The position numbers and the translations under genes are program-made. Positions 11,462 through 23,340 of a DNA stretch of 64,000 nucleotides are shown here, one piece after another (within the stretch, counting starts at the first letter, position 1; each line of letters opens with the position of its first letter). This stretch comes from Diadema antillarum (lineage: Eukaryota). The notes under the pieces were generated by a model that saw only the letters and a list, made by a program, of their open reading frames with translations, was not told the origin of the DNA and made no database searches. Where the stretch lies: positions 2,418,001 to 2,482,000 of the forward strand of contig NW_027271431.1 of NCBI RefSeq assembly GCF_040938485.1, read 5' to 3'.

Positions 11462-11476
11462 TGACGCGTGACGTCA
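11462..11476. promoter_or_regulatory. Palindromic CRE site TGACGTCA (11469-11476) plus an adjacent TGACG half-site
   Basis: Exact motif about 340 bp upstream of ATG 11813 in a CpG-containing patch; function untested. Confidence 0.35.
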
Positions 11477-11812
11477 GTCTAAGGCACTGCATAGAATCTA
11501 GAAATTGTTAAATATTTGTACATTCAAATCCATACTGCGAATTTGTTGTAGTGTTCAAACAATTATTTGGTATGAATCGATATTGCGCAGTCATTCTGTG
11601 ATGCTTTCGTTTGGGCACGTGCAGACTACTGCATTTCCTAAAGAAAGTGGCAAATTTATTTCATTCGTCACTTAGAAGGAGATACGGTTGTAACTTTCCA
11701 TCTTTTGACATTACACCTATATCTCAAGTACTAAAGATCCAGAGCTCCTATCATCAGAGCATAAGGGATAATCACTACTACCAGCGCAGATTGGTTTCCG
11801 CGGGATAGGAGG

Positions 11813-13921
11813 ATGGCATTTTTCTCACTTGTGGTCGTATTGTCCATTCTCGCTTATAGTTCTGCGCAGGTCGACATCCTAACCGACCTCGGAACCATTC
11901 GAGGAAGTCAAGATGATCTTAACGGTGAAACTATTAACGACTTTCGAGGAATTCCGTACGCCGAAGCGCCAGTAGGGGAAAGGCGATTTTTTTACCCAGT
12001 GCCAAAATCTTCATGGGGTGACACCGTTTTCAACGCGACCCAATATGGACCTTCGTGTCCACGGGTCTCGCCAAGCCCTGATCAGTATGCGACCATGGAT
12101 GAAGATTGTCTCTTCTTGAACATTATTGTACCAGCAAATGCTGTCACACAAAATAGCGAGCTACCTGTTTTAGTATTCATTCCTGGGCAAGGGGGTGGTG
12201 CTGACTACGTAGGAAGCGAAATGGCCGTTAGAGGATCAGTAATTGTAGTCACCATCAACTATCGCTCCGAAGTTCTTGGTTACTTCAGCACCGGCGACGA
12301 CTGCATACCAGGCAACTATGGATTATGGGATCAGCGCCTTGCCGTAGAGTGGGTGCGAGATAACATAGGTCCATTTGGCGGTAATGGCAGCAGTATCACC
12401 ATCGTTGGACAGGGTAAAGGGGCCGTAGGTGTATCAGCCCAAATTCTTTCGCCTCGTAACGATAACCAAGTTTTCCAGCGTGCAATCATTCAGAGCGGTG
12501 TGTTGGAAGACGATCTTCACATCATGAGTGACGATGACGCTGAGGATCTGGCTGACGAGTTCGCCGATTCACTGCAGTGCAACTCCAGTGCGTGGGCGAG
12601 TCGACTCGATTGCCTGCGAAGTAAATCTTGGCAAGACATTGTTTCAAATAGCCCAGTGCCAGGATTCTTGCCTCGCATCGACGGCGACTTCTTGCCGGAA
12701 CCTGTTGGCGAACTTATAGAAAGGGACGATATTTATCAGTACGATGTCATCTTCGGGTTCAACAGTGACGAAGGAGTCTTGTTATCGAATAATACAAATT
12801 TCCCTAACGTCACCAACGAAGAAGACGTGCGCCAAGTCCTGCTCGATATGTTCATTGATAAGTCCGACAATAGGGAAGATGCCACTTTGGGTTACGAGAT
12901 GATCGATCTCATGTACGTCGATCCTGTCGTCGGTCTAACAAGTGAAGGAGCCGCTGAGAGACTTTTGTTAGCCGTTTACGGAGACGATAAACTTATCTCG
13001 AGATCTGTGAAGTATCTGAGACGTCATTCAGAGAGTCAGCAAGCCAACACGTACATGTACTTCTTCGACTATGTGGATTTTGACTACGTTAGATTAATCT
13101 CTGACCTCAGAACAGGTGCTGCTTCTGGGGAAGAGTTGTTCTACCTCTGGGATTTAGTTCTCGGTGAAAATACAACCCTTGATGCGGCAGATGCGCAGAC
13201 CACCTCAATTCGAACGAACATGACTGGATATTGGACGAACTTCGTCAACACCGGGTATAGTATCTTAATGTCCAAATGATACAGTACATGGATTGCGTGA
13301 AATCGGCAATATTAGTAGAACGCATAAGTGAAGCTGCAGAAAAATCGTCTATAAGTATTTAAATTTCAATACTGCAATTTCTGGATGAGAAGGCTACAAC
13401 ATTTCGCGACGTCACGCATCTACAACGATATAAAGAAAATGTGTGTACAAAATATGTGGGAAGAATTTAACATATTTCAAATTTTCTAGCATTATGAAAA
13501 AGTGCTTCTCGTACGTATTTCAGAAAACGGTGAGACTATCACGAAGATGAAATTTGTACCTTTCATTAAAATCAAATTTTACTCTTCTTGTGAATCGTTG
13601 AAATGACAAACTGTTATAATCTCCTCATCCAGCGATAGTGACACGAAAATCTTTAAAAACACACACATAAAAAATTAAACGTATTGTCCGATCATCTCAT
13701 ACCTTAAATTTCACTGATGTATTCGATTGATATTGCTGCATTTAGCTCCATGTGTACTCAGTACATTATTTTGGTTTCATTTTCCTTTAACCATTTACAA
13801 TTACATCATATCTCATATGACAAGACTGTATAGCAAGCACATGTTAATGTGATCGTCAAATTTGAGCTTGAACAAAAATTATTTCTATAATGTTGCAGAA
13901 AGGTTAAATGTCGGTATAGTA

Positions 13922-13956
<35 letters not shown>

Positions 13957-16900
13957 CCATCAAGCACAACAGTGCATTATGTAAATACAGCACGCACGAC
14001 ATTAGAGAACCGTGGGAAACGGTAATTGTTTGGATATAAAGGTATTTACACGTTCAGTTTTTGTAATCATTATAGTCATTCATTATTTACTGTAGGTCTA
14101 CTGATATTGTCTGGCACTATAACCAGTTCTATGTTTATGAGCATCGAGTTCTGCGGACGAATACTGTGAATAATCCTCAAGTTTTCCATAGAGAGATTGA
14201 TAAGAGAGAAATATGCATGTATTCTGTGTTTTTATTTGAACAAGGAATCCTAATGAAGGCCCTGCCTCTCCGACACCATCGCCAATGTGGCCCCAGTTTG
14301 ACGCGGCGAACGAGACGTATCTCTGGATCAAAAATGCCACTGAGATTGACGAACATCTGAAGGCGGGTTTCACCAAACTTTGGCTGGAATTTATTCCCGA
14401 ACTCCTTACTCGGAACCAGCCGGAGACATGCAGCGCAGAAGCACCCGTCCCTGACATCCTGACAGGAAACGACCGAGACAATGTCGACGAGTTCATTGTT
14501 GTTAGCGTAACTGATTCTGAAGACACTACGCTGGGACAGGTTCGAGGAACCGTGCGCACAGCTGATGAAGGGGTCGGTGGACGACGCATTGCCAGCTTCT
14601 TAGGTTTGCCATACGCAGAGCCACCCATTGGTGACCTCCGCTTCAGGAATTCCAGGATCCTTGAGGACTGGGGAGAAAATACATTCCGCAATGCGACAGA
14701 GTATCCGGCAATTTGTGTACAAGGTGGTGGACTTGGCCAACCGCCACTAGCACCAGTAACCGAGAGTGAAGATTGTCTGTTCTTAAATATCTATGCACCT
14801 GTTATAGAGCCGGACTCATTACCTCTTCCAGTTATTGTTTATCTGCATTCTGGTTTGTACACATCAGGTAACGGTGTGACATACGATGGTTCAACACTCG
14901 CCTCGTATGCTAATGCAGTCATTGTTCCACTTAACTACCGTCTGGGTCCTCTTGGATGGTTGAGCACACTTGATGAGGAGTGTCCTGGTAACTTTGGACT
15001 GATAGACGTTGTCACGGCTCTGCAATGGATTCAGCAATACATCAGCAGTTTCGGAGGAGACCCCAACAGCGTGACAGTGTTTGGAATGGGTACTGGTGCA
15101 CAGCTCGGCCATCTTATATCTCTGAATGGTCTTAATGATGGACTGATGCACAAGATCATTGCACTTGGGGATTCAGTACTTTCTCCGCCTATTCTTAGGG
15201 CATCGACAAAGAATCCTCTAGAGTTAGCTGAGGAACTGGCGCAGAATGTGGAATGTCCCGTGACCACCACACGCGCCCTCGTAGAGTGTCTCAGGAGCAA
15301 ACCCGCTGAGGAAGTGCAACGAGCATCATTCGGCCAGCAAGGTCTTTTCGAATCGAATTTGTTCCCAGTTGTGGATGGGATAGTCCTGAAAAATACATCC
15401 GACAAGATTCTCCAGTCTGGTGATTTCGAAACTATTCCTCTTCTCGTCGGGGCTACAGAGATGGACAACACTATCTTTACAAGCGTTTATTCCCCCACAG
15501 GGTGCCCCAACGATGCGATAGCTACCCGTATTCTCGAAGATGTTGTTGAAAGTATCTACGACGGTCAACCAGAGGTCGTCTCTTTATTGGACATGTTTTA
15601 CCTGACGAGCGACCTGTCTCCGGCTGTGACCTACGACGAGTGCAAGATCGGTCACCAGGTCAGCGAGCTGCTAAGCGATATGTGGTTAAACGTGCCGTTT
15701 TTTGAGACTGCAAGACTCCTAAAACAGGCTGATAATAAGGATATGTATGTCTATTTCTTAGGCTTCCGACCGAGTGATCATCTCTACTCTGCCTTCTTAC
15801 CTCCGTGGGTGGAGCTTACATTCGGTGACGACGTTCCCTATGCATTCGGCTGGCCATATGATAAGACAATTACGGAGAGTGTCGGAATGTGCTTCAGCGT
15901 GGCCGATAGGGTGGTCAGCATTAATTTTATGGAAATGATATCTTCCTTTGCTCGAACAGGGTATGTATAGATACACATTTTTAAATTTCATTGATTTTGT
16001 ATATATCCCTCATATGATTGTGATACTAATTGTGATAACATCGTTGATTGTAATATGGGTTTTTCCGTTCACTTTCGTCAAAATTTCATTCTGTCTAAAG
16101 ATGTCATTTCATTTCAATGATATCGAATGATCACACAGATCAACATTCATATAGTTCATACAATTTGATTTTGTTTAGGATGCAATTTCTGACGAAGGTT
16201 AAAAAATCATTAACAATCATTCATGGCAATTTGGGTATTGTTTTCCGTTGCTGCTTATATGGTACTTTCTACCTTTCTGTTAAAATATTTAAGGCAAACA
16301 CTCTAAAAGTGCCTGAGTCGGACCTTTCCTTATATCAAATTATAAGGAACCCACTTTTCTATACAAAACTAAGGAAGTAATGCAATACACTCCTGTATCT
16401 AGTGAGGGGTTTGATAAGTCACCTGTTTATAAATCATAATTTTATGACCATCAATTGTTAATTTTTGTTCGGCCCTGTGCCACTGTCATCCGTTTGGATT
16501 TTGAATATTAGACTGCCCTTCCTGACTGTCTAAAAGGCAGGCTTTATTTAATTGAAGAAGATGCATCCCTCTGGTACATAACTGCATGCCCATGTGATCA
16601 TGAGCAGGAATCCCTAAAGTTATCTAAATGCGCAAATCAAATAAAAGATTCTATACAAAATGCTTAACACAAACACAATCAAAAAGATACATGAAAGGAG
16701 AATGCTTGTGAAAATATCATGCTAAAAGTATTTATGCTCATAGAAACGTTATAACAATATTTTGTCGTTTCAAATTGTGAATACATTTATTTCTCATTCA
16801 CTTTGCATCGTAATAGTGTTCCCCAGACAGTTCTTCCTGAAGTGAGGCAGTGGGATCCCTTCGACCCAGCCTCGTACAACGCCCTTATCTTGGACGTTTG

Positions 16901-17213
16901 CCCCTACCAGGAGCCCCTACCCAGAGGAGCAGAGAAAGACATCTTCTGGAACACCATCATCGCTGGCTTAAGCAACTTCGACGCCTACAATGATGACGAT
17001 CCTCCTATCACGACAACGGTTGAGACTTCGACGCCCAGTCCGTCCACGGTTTCCAGTTTCATTGGCTTGGACGTAACTGTGGAAGAGGCCGGCCGGATTA
17101 TCGGTGGTTTAATAATCGCTCTCGTTGTGTTAGGAGGACTGATCCTTACTGCAATCTTGATAATGTGCGTCTCCTCTTGTTGTCGATCCAATACTTCAAA
17201 CAAGCCTGTGTAA
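11813..17213 (+). CDS. Tandem double cholinesterase/carboxylesterase-fold type I membrane protein, 1184 aa, predicted catalytically dead; exons 11813-13254, 14245-15960, 16817-17213
   Basis: GT-AG junctions, both phase 2 (NTG^NPNE and RTG^VPQT); total 3555 nt = 1185 codons. Signal peptide MAFFSLVVVLSILAYSSA. Two domains with GIPYAEAP/GLPYAEPP, EDCLFLNI, INYR/LNYRLG and GNYGL.D/GNFGL.D. Ser/Thr/Pro stalk, TM IIGGLIIALVVLGGLILTAILIMCV, short tail. Confidence 0.9.
13289..13760. mobile_element. Degenerate Kolobok-like MITE in intron 1 of the cholinesterase-like gene
   Basis: tggattgcgtg..gcaatattagtagaacgcat at the left and tttcactgatgtattc..tattgctgcattt at the right match the arms of 45425-45985. 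Confidence 0.55.
13921..13956. repeat. (CA)n microsatellite
   Basis: Seen directly. Confidence 0.95.
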
Positions 17214-17316
17214 TCACGTGGTCATGACGTGACTACACCATCCCAATCGACAGGGCCATGAGATGCCAGGGACTTCGACCTTCCTCGGTATATAGAATTA
17301 ATTCAGATCTAATTAA

Positions 17317-17924
17317 AGGGGAAATCCAGTCCAAATATAAGTTAGTCTGATATGAAAGAGTGAAATATTACAAGTTCAACAGTATAATTTTGATCGAAAT
17401 CTTATGAAAGATAAGGAAGTTATGACATTTTTAAGTTTCGCTATTTTGGGGGGAAACAGTTCTTGAACAGTCATTATGAATATGCAAGTCGCAAAGTGAG
17501 CATTTCATTCCTTCACAACTTACCATATACTAGTTTGTACATAAAAATTTTTGAAATTTCCAGCTTTTCATTCAAACGCAATTATGCCCGAGGCTCAAAT
17601 CCTTGTGTATCAAACTAATTACTATTCTGAAGTTATTCAACCAGAAATAACATCATGTTTCAGACTTCAGGGACAGAAACATTTAATATTTGTCATTGTT
17701 TGTACACGATCAATGGAAAATTCTGAGGGTATGACATGGTTAGCTCACCTTTTGCATATTCATATCCACTGTACAAGAACTGTGTCGCAAAAATTAGCAA
17801 AACTTCAAAATGTCATTATAACTTCCTTATTTTTCTTCCGATTTCAGTCAATCTTTTACCGTTGAACTCATAAGATTTTACTCTTTTTAACCAGACTAAC
17901 CTATATTTGGACTGGATTTCCTCT
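17317..17924. mobile_element. Kolobok-like MITE (608 bp) with TTAA target duplication
   Basis: TTAA at 17313-17316 and 17925-17928; TIRs AGGGGAAATCCAGTCCAAATATA / TATATTTGGACTGGATTTCCTCT (1 mismatch). Confidence 0.85.
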
Positions 17925-20039
17925 TTAAGGAGTATAGTCGTAGGTCATCGCCATTGTCTCGGTGTAGCTATACCTTTCTGTTACAAAGCTGATGTTGTGA
18001 TAACTTGGGATCATATAATTCATTCTATATGCCATGAAGTAAAGTTCACGACATTTCATGATTGTCTTAGCATAATAAGTGTCTATTTTGTTAGGTCTTG
18101 GCCTTGTGGGCAGAGTATATAGCGGCACCAAAGATTACTCGTATATAGAAATTAACAAACTTCAGTCATCTCCTATGAATATCGTATTAAGGCTATAAAA
18201 ACATGCTACGGTAGGATGGAAACTATCCATGCCCGCCTGTCTGGGACTCATCATGAGTGACATTAATGCTTACATTTTGTTGTGTCTTATGTCGAACTGC
18301 CACCACTCGATTTTCACCCATCTTCCAGTCGTTCATTTATAGTGACACTATTTGTCCTCTCAAAAGTGCCTTGCTGAGATACCTATCTCGCAATGTTTTG
18401 TTGACGAAGCCGTAAGGGTTTATTCGAAAGTGTTTCTCATAAACTATACATACTATAGGCTAGCCCGACCAGACGCTGATTATACAGTGACTGGGTTGTG
18501 TATAGTTACATATAGGCCTGTATATACTGTCACTAATGAATGTATGGTATAAGGTTTAATAGAAGCATAATCAGGTACTTATTTTTGTCTTTTTTCATTA
18601 GAATGAAGTCTCCAGATATTGCTAAATTCAAGCGTAGAAAGGGAGAAAACGTCTGTAACAACATCTAGCATTAGCTGTGCAAACTTTACACAGCTGTTCT
18701 CTCCTAGAGAATCCAGTTCTTCCATAATCATTTGTCATTGTTTGTAAGTCAACTTGCTGAACATTTTCACTATCGTAACAAGTATGCAACTAAATGTTTT
18801 AAAAAAAATCTCGGAAACAGCATAAATAAGCATAATCAACAAGCTGCAATCAAACAAACAAAAATGCATATTACAGGAAAAGTAAACAGATTTAAGATAT
18901 CAAAGGTTAATAGTTTATGTCTAGGTTGTCTCCTTAAAAAATATTGCAATTCTGTTTGCAGATTATCGTACTGAAAACTCTTTTGTAACTTAAGAACGTG
19001 TGGATTTAAATGTACTTGCTGCATTTCATTGCGATCTGCTTTGTTGTAGGTTGGGAATTTTTTCGTTTGGGGTATTTATCAGTTGCGCTATGGATGATGT
19101 GTGTAAAAGAGTTGTGAAACAGCTTATAGTGTAGATAGTCCATGATAAGAGCTCTGTACCAATGTGATTATTGTATTTTATTGTATTGTTTCTTCTCCGA
19201 TAGAAGTCATGTATCTTCAGGATATAATATTGATATATAATGCAATTTTCTTTTATATAAATTGACATCATAATGTTACCCCAATAGCGCCAAAAACTGC
19301 ACATTCAATTTCTTTTTACCTCAATCTTAACGTCATTTTAAACATCCATCCAAGGCATATTTCAGGGTCTATATACGATGTGTAATATCTTCATAGGCAT
19401 TATTGTTTGTCCTCTGTGCACTGTGCTCGGTGCGAAGGTACAACACAAAGTGCGGTGATCATGCTTGATGATTACTAATGTAGCAACCATTGTGTATGAA
19501 AATTGTAGTGAAACAGTGCGTAATGATCAAATATTACGAATGATAATAGTGTTCCTAGTGTCCCTTTCTCAGTGATAACACATTGTAGTAAAACTGTTTA
19601 ATGCTTAAAAAGACGTGTATATTATGTATATACATGATGTATATATATATATGTGTGTGTGTGTGTGTTTTATATGTATATATATATATGTATATATAAT
19701 TATATATATATATATAAATACAGCGTGTATATGCATTTCGGTCTTATAGTAATAACAGAAAATGGAATGATAGCAAGTGGTAGAAAATAAAAAGTTGATT
19801 TATATTTTTTTTTTCCTCCTTCGATATGTCTCCTAAAGAGAAATAAACAATGAAAATCATTAATGGAGCTTCATTGCAGATTAGCAGATTAGCACTTTTA
19901 TCAGGATATCTCTCGCTTCCGCAACTGCACAAAAATGCTAAACGCACGCAAGCACACACTCACACCCATAACTGAATATATATATATATATATATATACA
20001 TATATAATGGGATGGTGCTGATGCTCGTACCTTACGCCT

Positions 20040-20113
20040 CCGTCATCTTGGGAAGAATTATAATCGAGACAACAGCCGGCATCCTGCAACATTTTTTGTC
20101 CTCACTTGTCTCG

Positions 20114-20170
<57 letters not shown>

Positions 20171-20690
20171 TTATATAGATATACATATATATATGCAATA
20201 TGTATATGAAGAGCTTCCAACCATAGTTTGAGGTGCTAAATCCATTGAAAATGATGGATTTAACGCCTTTTCGAAGCAGGCTCTTCATATAAATTGTGAC
20301 AATGAAAACAGTAGTTGTTGAACGATCCCAGTTGGGTATCATGGGAACGTTCGACTTTAGAAGGTCTTTCTCAGCTTTATTGTCTGTTTACATACAAACA
20401 CGGATGGAATTTTATCTTGGGAATAACAAACCATATGGTATACATGAACATAATAAATTGAGTGTAATTTCAGTATTTGCATTCAGGGCATACTTGGCAA
20501 CACATATTTTTCGCAATTACAAGACATAAAACGTGAAAAATAGTTATTGTATATGATCATACATGTATATGGATAAACAGACAAAGCTGAGGAAGACCCA
20601 TAATCAAGGTCGAAAGTTCCGATTGCTTCTCCACCTGACATCTATTGTCTTCATTGTCACATCATTCTTCCCAAGATGACAATAGCGTTT
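20040..20690. repeat. Degenerate inverted-repeat element interrupted by (TA)n
   Basis: gtgacaatgaa...gaacgttcgac...tcagcttt.ttgtctgttta (about 20297-20390) is the reverse complement of about 20572-20660; gtcatcttgggaagaat pairs with attcttcccaagatgac; (TA)n at 20116-20166. Confidence 0.55.
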
Positions 20691-20927
20691 TGAAAAAATA
20701 TCAGAATCATATACCACTTTATTTCATAATTTATATTTAAATACAGTATATAAATGATACGATATAGGTAAAGTATATATAGCATCTTCATCCCCGAGGA
20801 AGGGGGCGGGGCGAATCTTTTGATTTTGATAAATACCAATTGGAATTTAATGCATCGTGACTTTACTATAGAGTCGTGATTATATTACTGGTAATACGCG
20901 GATCAACAATGTTTAGAATAATACATG

Positions 20928-20931
<4 letters not shown>

Positions 20932-21003
<72 letters not shown>
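20932..21003. repeat. Compound (TA)n(TG)n microsatellite
   Basis: Seen directly. Confidence 0.95.
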
Positions 21004-21004
<1 letters not shown>

Positions 21005-23039
21005 TATGAACAGGCTACATTTTTAGCCCTAAAAACTCATAATGAATGTAGGAAAAGGATTTAATCTTTTGTTTTCTTGATAGAAAGGATGAGTAAAATC
21101 TACTTATGGGTTTGATTTATTATGTTGTATATTGTTAGTTTCTCTCAAAAGTTTAAAAAGGCTGGAATGCTGGAAAATGATTTCATGAAGTTCTTATAAG
21201 CCAAATAAATTTACCTGTATATGCAAAAATGCAATGATATATAATACATAGAATATAAAGACTTGAGCACCATCGAGTGCTTAAAGCATAAACAAGGGAT
21301 GAAAGAAAAAACAGGAATATGGTAGCAATGATGCACGAGATAGGACAAAACACCATGCATTGTGCTGATTATGTTCGAAGTGTTGAATACATTCAAACGA
21401 ATTCGAACAATGGAATAGCGGCATTGCGCAAGCAGTGCTGGTAGTCACATAATCGTCTCTTACTAAATTGAATAATCAATTTGCGAAGCTGGATAACTTT
21501 ATTTTTTTCAGACAAAATTTAGGTGACAAAATTTGAGAATACTGTAATTGACATATTAATTTTCAACAAATCGAAAGTGAATTTGGACAACATAATGGAT
21601 GCGGATACATTATAATGACCCAAAGCCTCCCACCAGACCGGTTTACTAACATATTCAAATTTTATGCATATATGTACCTTTTCGACGATGGTTTTTCCAG
21701 AGTTTTCCCGGCGTAGCAACAACCAATGCATGAAAAATAGATTCAAAGCATAAAAAAAAGTGTTATTGAAGTACAGGTTATACGGATCAGTGTTTAGTCA
21801 GGATGGAAGAAACGTGCAGTACACTGTATACAACTTTCACCTTCTTTTTTTTTTTTTTGAATATACAAACCGGTCTGTTGAACTTTACAAGCGCACGGTG
21901 TCAATTTGACTGGCAAACTTACGAACTGAACCGCCAAGACCCTATTTCATATTCATGGCCGGCGCCACGTTTTCCCCCAACAACACACGTTGTGCAGAAG
22001 AAGAACACATATCGCAGCATGATGTTCAAAATCGAAGAAAATGAGAATTAGTGGTAATTTTTGTGAATTTCTTTGATGCATTGCTGCATTATTAAGTCCA
22101 TGTGTATACTCTTTAAATGTCATTCCACTTTAACAATGGGATACACACATAGAAGGAGCCTACCTGTGCTATATAAAAGGGAAAAATGGAAAAGACATGT
22201 AGAGTGTTTAAATAAATATTGGATGAAAACGCGTTTATGATTAGGCCCTACAGCTAGCGATCATGGGAACAGCTATCGTGGTTTTTGATTGACCAAAATT
22301 ATTTTGAGAGCTGGGAGTAGTGGCACTTATTCGTAATCTGATCACCGTGTTTCATTACTAAATGAACACTTAACGAAGTTGGAGTATTTTTTGATACACG
22401 AATTCAAATGCCAAAATTTAAGATTTAAGAACAAAAATACAAATTCGATAAAAAAATTAACTATACAGAACGGTTGTATATGACGAAATCCCTCAAACTT
22501 GAATGAACGAAACAACCGTTTGACTCGCGAACTCAGACAACGACGATCAATACATTTTCCTATATTGATTAAGATATACATATCAATACTGGATCAAAAT
22601 TAACGGTTTATCCTACGATAATCCATTTTGGTTCATCACAAACGGTATCAACCAGGAACATTGTTCCAAACGAGTAGAAGAATTCGGATCACCCGATGTT
22701 TATGCCTCACCTCAAATACCGGTACACAATACAAAGAAAACACAAAGTTAAACAAACCAAAGAAATGAAATGTATTTTCACTTTAATCCATGTGTGGAAC
22801 ATATTAAAATGCGCATTGCCAATTCAGGTGCAATTTCACCATAGGGGAAATGAGGTATCAGTGGGAACACCAAAGTCCCATGTCACACTTTTTTTTTTCT
22901 TTTTTTTTTTTTTTTGCTATGGCACGCAGTGTCTGCATGTGTTGTTCATACAAAATACTCGTAAAAGCCTATGACACAAGCGCAAAACAGCGTCTGCTGC
23001 GTTGGTAGTTTTTGGCTTTCCATAGACAAGGTTAAAAAT

Positions 23040-23340
23040 TTTGCTTGTCACTCGCGTGCGTGCCACTCGCTGGAGAAACTCGTGTGTGCATTCATTTTCT
23101 GCCTAGTTATAGCCTGCAGTGCTGCAACACAACACGTACGCGGCGTCTTCCGCCGTTTTCGCCCATTTAACTGCACATCGCGCGCGCACCATCCATCCAT
23201 CCACACAACCATCTCAGCACAGCATCCGACTATCATATCTTGGACTTAACACTTTTAAGCGCATTTCTGGGAGACGAAATTCTGCTTTGTCAATTTCAGC
23301 TTAAAAAGTCTACTTTTGATTGCTTCCACAGCTGTCCAGA
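23040..23340 (+). promoter_or_regulatory. CpG-enriched promoter / 5'-UTR region of the UCH gene
   Basis: Local CG enrichment (cgcgtgcg, cgcggcg, cgcgcgcg) immediately upstream of ATG 23341. Confidence 0.4.

Noticed and set aside
14098-15568. Minus-strand ORFs of 197, 146, 86 and 80 aa
   Set aside because: Antisense shadows of the GC-richer esterase exon, with no recognisable motifs.
11813-17213. Two separate esterase genes, or a neuroligin/thyroglobulin orthologue
   Set aside because: Exon 2 links both domains in one frame. There are no thyroglobulin Cys repeats, no long neuroligin tail and no class I PDZ motif, so no gene symbol is given.
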